A stretch of DNA of 56,920 bases from an uncultured Bacilli bacterium (GTDB lineage: Bacteria > Bacillota_I > Bacilli_A > RF39 > UBA660). How positions within the stretch are numbered: the stretch's first letter is position 1; every line of letters starts with the position of its first letter. The notes beneath the pieces are model-generated. The model did not search any database. It saw only the letters and a program-made list of their open reading frames with translations, and had not been told where the DNA came from. Location: assembly GCA_947600015.1 (NCBI GenBank), contig CANQFX010000001.1, forward strand, positions 1-56,920, given 5' to 3'. The position numbers and the translations under genes are program-made. This document shows positions 25,428 to 34,492 of this stretch, piece by piece.

Positions 25428-26555
25428 TTAATATGTTCTTATAGGCAATACAAGTTGAGTTAAAGATTCATCTTCTTTCGATTTTACTAAAATAGGTTTA
25501 ATATCTCCTACGAAATGAATATCCACATTTTCTGTGGAAAAACTTTTTAATGCTTCCATCATATATTTCGCACTAAACGAAATCTTGATATCTTCTTTAC
25601 TATCTTTTTTAATAGTCATTTTTTCTTCTACCCTACCAATTTCTGCAGAACTACTTTTTAATGTTAATATATTTCCATTTGTCTCTAAAGTAACAATATT
25701 CTTTTCTTTATCACTAGTTAAAATACTAACTCTATCAATTACATCATAAAAATCAATTAAATTTGTACTGATAACTATAAAAGATTCTTTTGGTAATAAA
25801 TTCGATGTATTTGGATATGTACCATTAATTAATCTAGACTCAAATTTTAAATTATCATTGGTCAATAAAATTTTATTATTAAATATATGTAAGCAAACTT
25901 CTTCTTCATCATTTCCTAATATTTTAGAAAATTCAATAATATTATGACTAGGAATAACTATATTATAATTATCTTCACTTACTTTATTTAATTTAATTAC
26001 TTTTCTAGCTAGACGATAAGAATCAGTAGAATTACATTCTAAAATGTCCCCTACAATATTAAAATTTATTCCCGTAAGTACAGGTTTACTTTCTTCATTG
26101 GAAGCAGCAAAAGCAGTTTGATTTACAATACTTTTAAAAGTTTTTACATCCATGCTAATTTTTTTCTTGCTTTCTTCTAAATTAATATTTGGATATTCAC
26201 TTTCACTAATTCCATTTAAATTAAATTCACTATTTCTAGTATAAATTCTAATTTTTAATTCATCAATTACTTCGATATTAATATATCGATCTGGCAATTT
26301 TCTAACAATATCCAAAATATATTTTCCTTGAATAATAATACTACCTTCTTTTTCAATAGTAAAATTATTATCTCCTTTGCTATCAATACTAGTTTGAATT
26401 GTAATATCATTATCACTAGCAGTTAATGTTAAGGTTCTCTTTTTTAATTCAAATTTGATTCCTGCTAACACAGGAATTAAATTTTTAGAAGAAATTGCTT
26501 TTGATACTTTATTTAGTGCATCTAATAGTAATTCTTTTCTAATTGTAAATTTCAT
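25428..26555 (-). CDS. dnaN: DNA polymerase III beta sliding clamp
   Basis: 375 aa, MKFTI.KELL..L..V...I......PVL.GI. dnaA-dnaN synteny. Confidence 0.95.
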   Translation of the reverse strand: MKFTIRKELLLDALNKVSKAISSKNLIPVLAGIKFELKKRTLTLTASDNDITIQTSIDSKGDNNFTIEKEGSIIIQGKYILDIVRKLPDRYINIEVIDELKIRIYTRNSEFNLNGISESEYPNINLEESKKKISMDVKTFKSIVNQTAFAASNEESKPVLTGINFNIVGDILECNSTDSYRLARKVIKLNKVSEDNYNIVIPSHNIIEFSKILGNDEEEVCLHIFNNKILLTNDNLKFESRLINGTYPNTSNLLPKESFIVISTNLIDFYDVIDRVSILTSDKEKNIVTLETNGNILTLKSSSAEIGRVEEKMTIKKDSKEDIKISFSAKYMMEALKSFSTENVDIHFVGDIKPILVKSKEDESLTQLVLPIRTY

Positions 26556-26686
26556 AAATCTATCCTTCTTTCTTATTTTTTTATTATTATTACAGTGGAA
26601 AAAGTGTAAAACTGATTCCTACTTATATTTTATAAAGATTTAACTAAAATTTCAACTTGGGGAAAACTTTTTAATTTTATATAAAT
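26556..26686 (-). other. oriC downstream element (dnaA-dnaN spacer): DnaA boxes plus candidate DnaA-trio/unwinding tract
   Basis: The minus strand carries TTTTCCCCA (26666..26658), then TTTTCCACT (26602..26594), then G, TAATAATAATAA (26592..26581) and an A-rich run extending to the dnaN RBS. Confidence 0.55.
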
Positions 26687-28066
26687 TTAAACAATCCCTA
26701 TATCTTTTGTTAATTTTTCAATAATATTAGCTAAATCTTTATTGACTTTTAATTCCTTTTCAATTTTTTCATAGGAATACATGATAGTAGAATGATCTTT
26801 CCCTCCAAACTCTATACCTATCTTAGGAAAAGATTCCCCTGTAAGATTTCTACACAAATATATAGCAATATGCCTAGGTAAAGCAATAGTTGAATTTCTT
26901 TTTTTACTTTTTATATCTTCTACGGAAATTTGAAAATATTCTGACACAATCTTTTGTATACGATGAATATCATTTTTTTCTCCCATACCTTTACTAATAA
27001 AATCTTTTAAAGCTTCAATGGCTAAATCTAAAGTAATAGGAGCTCCTCCCATAATCGTAGAATAAGCTATAAGACGAGTAATAGAACCTTCTAATTCTCT
27101 TACATCTGTACCGATATTAGAAGCAATATAGTCAACTACTTCATCTGAAATTTCTTGTTCAAAATTACCAGCAATTATTTTTTTTCTTAAAATAGCAGTT
27201 CTTAAAGCAAAATCAGGCTGTCGAATATTAACAGTAAGGCCCCATCGGAATCGCGTTCGGAGTCTATCTTCTAATAATTTTAAGTCATCGGGAGAACGAT
27301 CAGAGGAGATAATAATTTGTTTGCTATCATTATATAAAGTATTAAAAGTGTGAAAAAATTCTTGTTGTGTTTGTGTAGCTCCTCCTAAAAATTGAATATC
27401 ATCAATAATTAAAACGTCAATATTTCGATATTTATTTTTAAAAAAGTCTATATAATTAAAATTAGTACCATTATTATCTTTTTTATTAATACCAATAAAG
27501 TCTTGAATAAATTGATCACTAGTAACATACAAAACTCGTCGGTTACTATTTTCAATAATATAATTACCAATTGCGTGCATTAAATGTGTTTTTCCTAAAC
27601 CACTATTACCATAAATAAATAAAGGATTATACATATTACCAGGATTTTCCGCAACAGACAAGGCTGCCGCATGAGCAAATTTATTACTATTTCCAACAAT
27701 AAATGTTTCAAAAGTATATTTTGGATTTAAATTTGTTTGAATCTTATTTACAGTAGTATTAGATTGATCACTTGTATTATTTTCTATTATTTGTTCTTTT
27801 TTTTCAAAAATTTTTTCTATTTCTTCTTGTAATAACAAAACAATTTCAAAATTTGTTCCTGTAATTTCATTTAAATTATTAAAAATAAGTTCAGAATATT
27901 TTTCTAATAAATGTTGTTTATGAATAGGCATAGGAACAATAATATAAGCTTTTCCATCGTCTAAACGATATAAACGAGTATCAGAGAACCAGGTATCAAA
28001 TGCCAATGAATTAAGTTCAGTTTTTATTTTATTTAAAAACTTTGTCCATAAAATATCGACATTCAT
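26687..28066 (-). CDS. dnaA: Chromosomal replication initiator DnaA
   Basis: Walker A GNSGLGKTHL, DDIQFL, sensor/box VII motifs, and a C-terminal HTH (RHIAIYLCR...GGKDHSTI). Confidence 0.97.
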   Translation of the reverse strand: MNVDILWTKFLNKIKTELNSLAFDTWFSDTRLYRLDDGKAYIIVPMPIHKQHLLEKYSELIFNNLNEITGTNFEIVLLLQEEIEKIFEKKEQIIENNTSDQSNTTVNKIQTNLNPKYTFETFIVGNSNKFAHAAALSVAENPGNMYNPLFIYGNSGLGKTHLMHAIGNYIIENSNRRVLYVTSDQFIQDFIGINKKDNNGTNFNYIDFFKNKYRNIDVLIIDDIQFLGGATQTQQEFFHTFNTLYNDSKQIIISSDRSPDDLKLLEDRLRTRFRWGLTVNIRQPDFALRTAILRKKIIAGNFEQEISDEVVDYIASNIGTDVRELEGSITRLIAYSTIMGGAPITLDLAIEALKDFISKGMGEKNDIHRIQKIVSEYFQISVEDIKSKKRNSTIALPRHIAIYLCRNLTGESFPKIGIEFGGKDHSTIMYSYEKIEKELKVNKDLANIIEKLTKDIGIV

Positions 28067-28159
28067 TCTACCATCTCCCCAAAAATATAAAATATATAAA
28101 ACTTAAAATTATATTAACCTAAATTTGGGAAAAAAGAAATAGTTTTTCTTTAAAAAAAA

Positions 28160-28291
28160 TATTCCACAAAATATTCACAAAATTTTCCACAATCAAAATA
28201 TAAAAAAATAAAAGTTAAATAGAGTTTTCCACTTTTTCCACAATTTTTTATTAACATGAGTGAATTTAAAATTCCACAGTTATGTGGAAAT
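28160..28291. other. oriC upstream DnaA-box cluster
   Basis: Boxes are TATTCCACA 28160-68, TTTTCCACA 28183-91, TTTTCCACT 28225-33, TTTTCCACA 28234-42, AATTCCACA 28270-78 and an inverted ATTTCCACA 28283-91. A degenerate TATTCACA lies at 28172-79. All sit in the dnaA-rpmH divergent spacer. Confidence 0.85.
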
Positions 28292-28323
28292 AGAGGAAAA
28301 AGATAGAATATATCATTTTTTAA

Positions 28324-28353
28324 TTGACAAAAACTAAAATATATTATTATAAT
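28324..28353 (+). promoter_or_regulatory. SigmaA-type promoter of rpmH-rnpA
   Basis: TTGACA (28324-29), an 18-nt spacer, then TATAAT (28348-53). Confidence 0.6.
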
Positions 28354-28382
28354 AATGTAGATTTATGTCTGGAGGTGGAAGA

Positions 28383-28505
28383 ATGAAAAGAACATATCAA
28401 CCAAATAATCATAAAAAATCAAAAAAGTTAGGTTTTTTTGCTCGCAAGAAAACAAATATTTTAAATCGTCGTCGTCGCAAAGGACGCAAAGTTCTTTGTA
28501 AATAA
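28383..28505 (+). CDS. rpmH: 50S ribosomal protein L34 (40 aa; absent from ORF track)
   Basis: My translation is [50 protein letters not shown]. Canonical position before rnpA. Confidence 0.9.
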   Translation: MKRTYQPNNHKKSKKLGFFARKKTNILNRRRRKGRKVLCK

Positions 28506-28506
28506 T

Positions 28507-28530
28507 ACCGCTGCTAAACAGTGGTTTTTT
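28507..28530 (+). terminator. Hairpin plus U-run between rpmH and rnpA (attenuator/terminator)
   Basis: ACCGCTG-CTAAA-CAGTGGT followed by TTTTT. Confidence 0.5.
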
Positions 28531-28555
28531 ACTCTGATGAAAAAGGTGAGTAAGA

Positions 28556-28909
28556 ATGAGAAAATTATATATTGTAAAAAAAACAGAAGATTTTAACAAA
28601 ATTATAAATAAAGGAACTTATAAAAAAAATCAAAGTTTCATTATTTATTATGAACCAAATAAATTAAAATATAATCGTTATGGTATCTCTGTAGGAAAGA
28701 AATTAGGAAATGCAGTATTTAGAAATAAATATAAAAGAAAAATCCGTGCAATTATTGATAATAATAAAAAAAACTATATTAATAAGAGAGATTATATTAT
28801 AATATTAAGAGAAGGAGCAAAACAAAAAACATTTCAAGACTTAACAAAGGAGTTTTGTTCATTAATAGAAAAAATAGAGAGAGGAAAATCAAATGAACAA
28901 AGAAAATAA
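28556..28909 (+). CDS. rnpA: RNase P protein component
   Basis: 117 aa, basic. The KK.EDF..I...G and RNK.KR..R motif (AVFRNKYKRKIRA) is present. rpmH-rnpA-yidC synteny. Confidence 0.9.
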   Translation: MRKLYIVKKTEDFNKIINKGTYKKNQSFIIYYEPNKLKYNRYGISVGKKLGNAVFRNKYKRKIRAIIDNNKKNYINKRDYIIILREGAKQKTFQDLTKEFCSLIEKIERGKSNEQRK

Positions 28910-29831
28910 GAAAAAAATAAAAATAGGTATTATTATTTTGTTATTATTAATTACAACGGGATGTACTACCACATTAACAGATAAAAATAAACAACCAGTA
29001 AAAAATGAAGAAACAGGTCAAAACTTAACAAAAAATATTATTTGCAAACCAACAAATAAAGAAACAATAAAGCAATATGAAAAAAATGGGGTTAAAATAG
29101 AAAAATTACCAGATTGTGAAGATTTTAAAGTTACATCTGGAAAATATGAAGGATTATGGACTAGTCTTTTTGTAAAACCTTTGGCTTTTCTACTTTTATT
29201 ATTAGGAAAACATATTGGCAATTATGCATTATCATTAATTATAATAAGTTTATTAATTCGATTAATTGCTTTTCCAATTACAAAAAAGACAGCATTACAA
29301 TCCGAATTAATAAAAAAAGCACAACCAGAATTAGATAGAATTCAAAAAAAATATAAAGATAAACAAGATCAAGAATCAATGATTAAACAAAATCAAGAAA
29401 TGATGATGGTATATAAAAAATATAATATTAATCCTTTATCAGGTTGTTTATTTTCTATGTTGCAATTGCCAATTTTAATAGCATTCTTCGAAGCAGTACA
29501 AAGAACACCAGCAATGTTTGAAGATAAATTATTAGGATTACAATTAGGGACAACCCCAACAGTAGGTTTCCAAACAGCAACTTTTTACTCTTATATAATC
29601 TTAATGTTAATTATTGCATTTACAACATTTTATTCATTCAAAATGAATTCCACAGGAAATATGCAAGATCCAAGTATGAAAATGATGCCAATTATGATGT
29701 CAGGAATGATTATTATTACTGCATTGTTCTTACCTTCTGGATTAGGAATTTATTGGGCTACATCCAATTTATTTACAATTATTCAAAATATAATAGTGAA
29801 AAGGAGTAAAGCAGTAAATGGAAAAGCATAA
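28893..29831 (+). CDS. yidC: Membrane protein insertase YidC/SpoIIIJ (lipoprotein type)
   Basis: Lipobox LLITTGC and a multi-TM 60-kDa-IMP core (PLSGCLFSMLQLPILIAFF). Synteny supports the call. Confidence 0.9.
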   Translation: MNKENKKKIKIGIIILLLLITTGCTTTLTDKNKQPVKNEETGQNLTKNIICKPTNKETIKQYEKNGVKIEKLPDCEDFKVTSGKYEGLWTSLFVKPLAFLLLLLGKHIGNYALSLIIISLLIRLIAFPITKKTALQSELIKKAQPELDRIQKKYKDKQDQESMIKQNQEMMMVYKKYNINPLSGCLFSMLQLPILIAFFEAVQRTPAMFEDKLLGLQLGTTPTVGFQTATFYSYIILMLIIAFTTFYSFKMNSTGNMQDPSMKMMPIMMSGMIIITALFLPSGLGIYWATSNLFTIIQNIIVKRSKAVNGKA

Positions 29832-30438
29832 ATTTATAGGAAAAACAAAAGAGGATGCAATAGAAGAAGCAAAAATCAAATTACAAGAAACAGAAGATAA
29901 TTTAATTATTAAAGAAGCAGAAGAAATAAAGGGTGGTTTATTTAAAAGTAAAAAAGTAGAAATAGAAGTAATCGAAAAAAGAGAATTAATAAAATATATT
30001 AAAGAATTTTTAAGTCAATTACTAAAAAAATTAGGATTTACTAGCAATATTGAAATCAAAAATAAAGAAGAAGTACCAACATATATTATCTATTCTGATA
30101 ATGATTCATTATTAATAGGTAAAAATGGCAAAAATTTACAAGCATTATCTATCATAACGACACAACATATCAATCAAATTATTGGAAAGAATTTTAAATT
30201 CATCATTGATATTAATTCATATAAGCAAAAACAAGAAAAAAAATTAATCTTTCTTGCAAAAAAAATTGCTCGTGAAGTCGCAACAACTAAAATTGAAGTT
30301 AAATTAGATCCAATGAATTCTTACGAAAGAAGAATTATTCACAATGCATTAACAAATAATAAAAAAGTTTATACAGAAAGTGAAGGAGAAGAACCAAATC
30401 GCTATATTGTAATAAAGCCAAAAGAAGTGGATGAATAA
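29818..30438 (+). CDS. jag: Jag/KhpB RNA-binding protein (KH plus R3H)
   Basis: 206 aa. The C-terminal R3H region is MNSYERRIIHNAL...ESEGEEPNRYIVI. It follows yidC. Confidence 0.85.
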   Translation: MEKHKFIGKTKEDAIEEAKIKLQETEDNLIIKEAEEIKGGLFKSKKVEIEVIEKRELIKYIKEFLSQLLKKLGFTSNIEIKNKEEVPTYIIYSDNDSLLIGKNGKNLQALSIITTQHINQIIGKNFKFIIDINSYKQKQEKKLIFLAKKIAREVATTKIEVKLDPMNSYERRIIHNALTNNKKVYTESEGEEPNRYIVIKPKEVDE

Positions 30439-30467
30439 ACAGTATGATAAAAAATACTGTTTTTTTA
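30438..30467 (+). terminator. Intrinsic terminator after jag
   Basis: AAACAGTAT-loop-ATACTGTTT followed by TTTTT. A TGCTATAAT extended -10 for mnmE follows. Confidence 0.6.
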
Positions 30468-30543
30468 CGATTAAAACAATATAAAATTTCCTTTTTCTAG
30501 AATAATATGCTATAATAGCAAAGGAAAAAAGGAGGGACTCTAA

Positions 30544-31902
30544 ATGAATGATACAATCGTTGCAATTTCAACTGCTATAGGAATAGGAGCTATTTCTATT
30601 GTTCGATTAACAGGAAATAAAGCAATTTCAATTGTAAATAATTGCTTTAAAGGAACAGATTTAACTAAAGTAGAGTCTCATACAATTCATTATGGATATA
30701 TTTATGATAAAGAAGAATTAATAGATGAAGTATTAGTATCTGTTATGAAAGCACCAAAGACATTCACAAGAGAAGATGTAGTAGAAATTAATTGCCATGG
30801 AGGAATTATATCTACAAATAAAGTATTAGAAACAATATTAAATTTTGGTGCCAGATTGGCAGAACCAGGAGAATTTACAAAAAGAGCATTTTTAAATGGT
30901 CGAATTGATTTAGTAGAAAGTGAATCTGTAATGGACTTAATTAGTAGTAAAAGTGAAGAAGCGAATAAATTAGCTTTATCACAATTAAAAGGAAATCTTT
31001 CTTATTTAATAGAAGATTTTCGCAATAAATTAAAAGATTTATTATCTTCAATCGAAGTAAATATTGATTATCCAGAATATCATGATATAGAAGAAATCAC
31101 AATTGAAAAAATTCAAGAAAATATGAAAGAGATGAAACAAAAATTAAAAAGATTAATTGAAGAATCAAAAAATTCAAAAATAATTAAACAAGGAATTAAA
31201 ACTATTATTGTTGGCCGACCTAATGTTGGAAAAAGTAGTATTTTAAATCAATTATTACAAGAAGAAAAAGCAATTGTGACAAGTATTGCAGGAACAACAA
31301 GAGATACCGTAGAAGGAGAAATTTTAATTGATGGCATTCTATTAAATTTAATTGATACTGCAGGTATTCATAATACGGAAGATACCGTAGAAAAAATAGG
31401 AGTAAAGAAAAGCTTATCATTAATAAATGATGCAGATCTAGTAATTGTAGTATTAAATTATAATGAAAAGTTAACGGATGAAGATGAAATAATTTTAGAA
31501 AAAACAAAAAATAAAAAAAGAATTATTGTATTAAATAAAAATGATTTAGATAAGAATATTAATATTGACAGAATAAAACAAGAAGAAAATATCGTAGAAA
31601 CAACAGCAACGAATATAGAAGGAATGAAATCTTTAAAAGATAAAATCAAAGAATTATTTCAATTAGAACAATTAAAAAATAATGATTATAATTATTTAAC
31701 AAATGCTAGACAAATTTCTCTTGCAAAAAAAGCATATCAAAGTTTATTAGATGCAGAAAAAGGAATCAATGACAAACGACCAATAGACATGATAGAAATC
31801 GATTTAAAGGAATGTTTTGATCATTTGGGCGAAATTATCGGAATTACATATGATGAGGAAATTATAGATCATTTATTTGCCAATTTTTGTGTAGGAAAAT
31901 AG
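30544..31902 (+). CDS. mnmE: tRNA modification GTPase MnmE
   Basis: G1 motif [17 protein letters not shown], and the C-terminal CVGK. Confidence 0.95.
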   Translation: MNDTIVAISTAIGIGAISIVRLTGNKAISIVNNCFKGTDLTKVESHTIHYGYIYDKEELIDEVLVSVMKAPKTFTREDVVEINCHGGIISTNKVLETILNFGARLAEPGEFTKRAFLNGRIDLVESESVMDLISSKSEEANKLALSQLKGNLSYLIEDFRNKLKDLLSSIEVNIDYPEYHDIEEITIEKIQENMKEMKQKLKRLIEESKNSKIIKQGIKTIIVGRPNVGKSSILNQLLQEEKAIVTSIAGTTRDTVEGEILIDGILLNLIDTAGIHNTEDTVEKIGVKKSLSLINDADLVIVVLNYNEKLTDEDEIILEKTKNKKRIIVLNKNDLDKNINIDRIKQEENIVETTATNIEGMKSLKDKIKELFQLEQLKNNDYNYLTNARQISLAKKAYQSLLDAEKGINDKRPIDMIEIDLKECFDHLGEIIGITYDEEIIDHLFANFCVGK

Positions 31903-31912
31903 AGGTGAAACA

Positions 31913-33781
31913 ATGGAGTATGAAGTAATTGTAGTTGGAGGAGGTCATGCAGGTTGTGAAGCAGCTCTTGCAACTTCTAGAAAGAATCATAAAACTTTAC
32001 TAATTACTGGAAATATAAAAAATATTGCTGATATGCCTTGTAATCCATCAATTGGAGGGCCAGCAAAAGGCATTGTAGTAAGAGAAATTGATGCCCTTGG
32101 TGGAGAAATGGGAAAAAATACAGATAAAAGTACTCTCCAAATAAAAATGTTAAATACAAAAAAGGGTCCCGCAGTGCAAGCATTAAGAGCACAAGCAGAT
32201 AAAATTATTTATCCCCAAGAAATGTTAAAAACACTACAAAATGAAAAAAAATTAGAGATAAGAGAAGCAATTGTAGAAAAATTATTAATAAAAGATCAAA
32301 AAGTGATTGGTGTAGAATTAGAAGACAATACTAAGATTTACTCTAATATAGTAATACTAACAACAGGAACATATTTAAAATCAATGATATTAACAGGTTC
32401 TGAAAAAATACCAAGCGGACCACATGGTGAAAAAGAATCAAAATATTTAAGCAATCACTTAAAAGAATTAGGTTTTAAAATCTTACGCTTAAAAACGGGA
32501 ACTCCTCCTAGAATTGCAAAAGATTCAATTGATTTTAGTAAAGCATCATTAGAATTAGGAGATAATGATGAAAAAACATTCTCTTTTGACAATGAAGTTT
32601 ATTATGATGTAAAAAAACAAGTTCCATGTCATTTAATATACACAACATTAAAAACACATCAGATTATAAAGGAACATCTTCAAGAATCAAGTATGTATGG
32701 TGGTTATGTTGAAGGTATTGGCCCTCGATATTGTCCATCCATTGAAGATAAAGTTGTACGGTTTCAAGAAAAAGAAAGACATCAATTATTTTTAGAACCA
32801 GAAAGTATTTATTATGATGATATTTATATTCAAGGATTTTCTACTAGTATGCCTCATTATGTACAAGAAGAAATGGTACATAGTTTACCAGGACTAGAAC
32901 ATGCAAAAATATTAAAATATGCTTATGCGATTGAATATGATGCGATTGATCCTAAACAATTAAAACAAACCTTGGAAACAAAAATAATTGAAAATTTATA
33001 TACAGCTGGACAAATTAATGGTACGAGTGGTTATGAAGAGGCAGCTGGCCAAGGATTGATTGCAGGAATTAATGCTGCTTTAAAGTTAGAAGGAAAAGAT
33101 CCATTAATTTTAAAGAGAAATGAGTCTTATATAGGAGTACTAATTGATGATTTAGTTACAAAAGGAATTAAAGATCCTTATCGTTTATTAACCTCTCGTG
33201 CTGAATATCGTTTGTTATTGAGAAATGATAATGCGGATTTGCGATTAAGAGAGTATGGATATAAAGTAGGCTTGATTAATGAAAAAAGATATCAAAAATT
33301 TCAACAAAAGAAACAAGACATGAAATCTCTATTTGAATTATTAAAAGAAACGAGGATTACACCTAAAAAAGAAATAAATGAATATATAGAAAAAATAAAC
33401 TCTACACCATTAAAAGATGGAATATCCTTATATGAATTAGTAAAACGACCAGAAATTTCGATAGAACAACTCCATTTTTTTAAAAATATACCTTATAGTA
33501 AAGAAGTACAAGAAGAAGTAGAAATTAATATAAAGTACGAAGGTTATATCAAAAAAGCAACCAAAGAGGCAGAAAAAATGCTTTTATTAGAGGAAAAACG
33601 AATCCCTTTAGACATTGATTATAATAAGGTTCCTAATCTTGCAAGTGAAGCGCGACAAAAATTATTGGAAATAAATCCTACAACAATAGGACAAGCCTCA
33701 AGAATTAGCGGAGTTAACCCTGCTGATATTTCAATATTAATGGTGTATTTAAGAAGGAATTATCAAAATGACAAAAGATGA
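31913..33781 (+). CDS. mnmG: tRNA uridine 5-carboxymethylaminomethyl modification enzyme MnmG
   Basis: FAD motif [12 protein letters not shown]. 622 aa. Synteny supports the call. Confidence 0.95.
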   Translation: MEYEVIVVGGGHAGCEAALATSRKNHKTLLITGNIKNIADMPCNPSIGGPAKGIVVREIDALGGEMGKNTDKSTLQIKMLNTKKGPAVQALRAQADKIIYPQEMLKTLQNEKKLEIREAIVEKLLIKDQKVIGVELEDNTKIYSNIVILTTGTYLKSMILTGSEKIPSGPHGEKESKYLSNHLKELGFKILRLKTGTPPRIAKDSIDFSKASLELGDNDEKTFSFDNEVYYDVKKQVPCHLIYTTLKTHQIIKEHLQESSMYGGYVEGIGPRYCPSIEDKVVRFQEKERHQLFLEPESIYYDDIYIQGFSTSMPHYVQEEMVHSLPGLEHAKILKYAYAIEYDAIDPKQLKQTLETKIIENLYTAGQINGTSGYEEAAGQGLIAGINAALKLEGKDPLILKRNESYIGVLIDDLVTKGIKDPYRLLTSRAEYRLLLRNDNADLRLREYGYKVGLINEKRYQKFQQKKQDMKSLFELLKETRITPKKEINEYIEKINSTPLKDGISLYELVKRPEISIEQLHFFKNIPYSKEVQEEVEINIKYEGYIKKATKEAEKMLLLEEKRIPLDIDYNKVPNLASEARQKLLEINPTTIGQASRISGVNPADISILMVYLRRNYQNDKR

Positions 33782-34424
33782 ATTTAGACAAGAACTAGAA
33801 AAATTAAATATTTATTTGACAGAAGAACAATATAAAAAATTAGAACAATTTTATGAATTATTAATCGACTGGAACAAAAAAATTAATTTAACACGTATTG
33901 TAGAAAAAGAAGAAGTATATTTAAAACATTTTTATGATAGTTTAACAATAACAAAGGTGATTGATTTATCTACAATAAAAACATTATGTGATGTAGGGAC
34001 AGGAGCAGGATTTCCAGGAATCGTATTAAAAATTTGTTATCCAGATTTAGAAATTACTCTAATTGATGCCCGAAACAAAAGAGTTCTTTATTTAAATGAA
34101 ATAATAAAAACATTAAATTTAAAAAAAATAAAAGTAATACATATAAGAGGAGAAGAATATAAAGAACAGTTTGATTGTGTTGTTGCAAGAGCAGTTGCTA
34201 ATATTGAAAAACTAGTAAAATATACGATGCATTTAGTAAAAGAAAATGGTATGTTTATTGCAATGAAAGGAGATATTTCAACAGAGTTTTCTAAAAACAT
34301 ACGAAAAATAATAGAAAGAGAATATAAAATAGAAAAAACGGAAATTTTTCTATTACCAAAAGAAAATAGTAAAAGAAGTTTAATTGTATTAAAAAATACT
34401 CCAAAAAAAGAGAAAAGTAATTGA
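33768..34424 (+). CDS. rsmG: 16S rRNA (guanine527-N7)-methyltransferase RsmG
   Basis: WNKKINLT and [10 protein letters not shown]. It follows mnmG. Confidence 0.92.
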   Translation: MTKDEFRQELEKLNIYLTEEQYKKLEQFYELLIDWNKKINLTRIVEKEEVYLKHFYDSLTITKVIDLSTIKTLCDVGTGAGFPGIVLKICYPDLEITLIDARNKRVLYLNEIIKTLNLKKIKVIHIRGEEYKEQFDCVVARAVANIEKLVKYTMHLVKENGMFIAMKGDISTEFSKNIRKIIEREYKIEKTEIFLLPKENSKRSLIVLKNTPKKEKSN

Positions 34425-34492
34425 AAGATTACTTTTTTTGTTTTATAATGTTAATATAGGGATAATAAAAGAATAAAAAGCGAGGGAGTATT

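Noticed and set aside
28363-28599. 78-aa minus-strand ORF
   Set aside because: It is antisense to rpmH and the rnpA start, and its composition is hydrophobic and low-complexity. The plus strand encodes the canonical L34.
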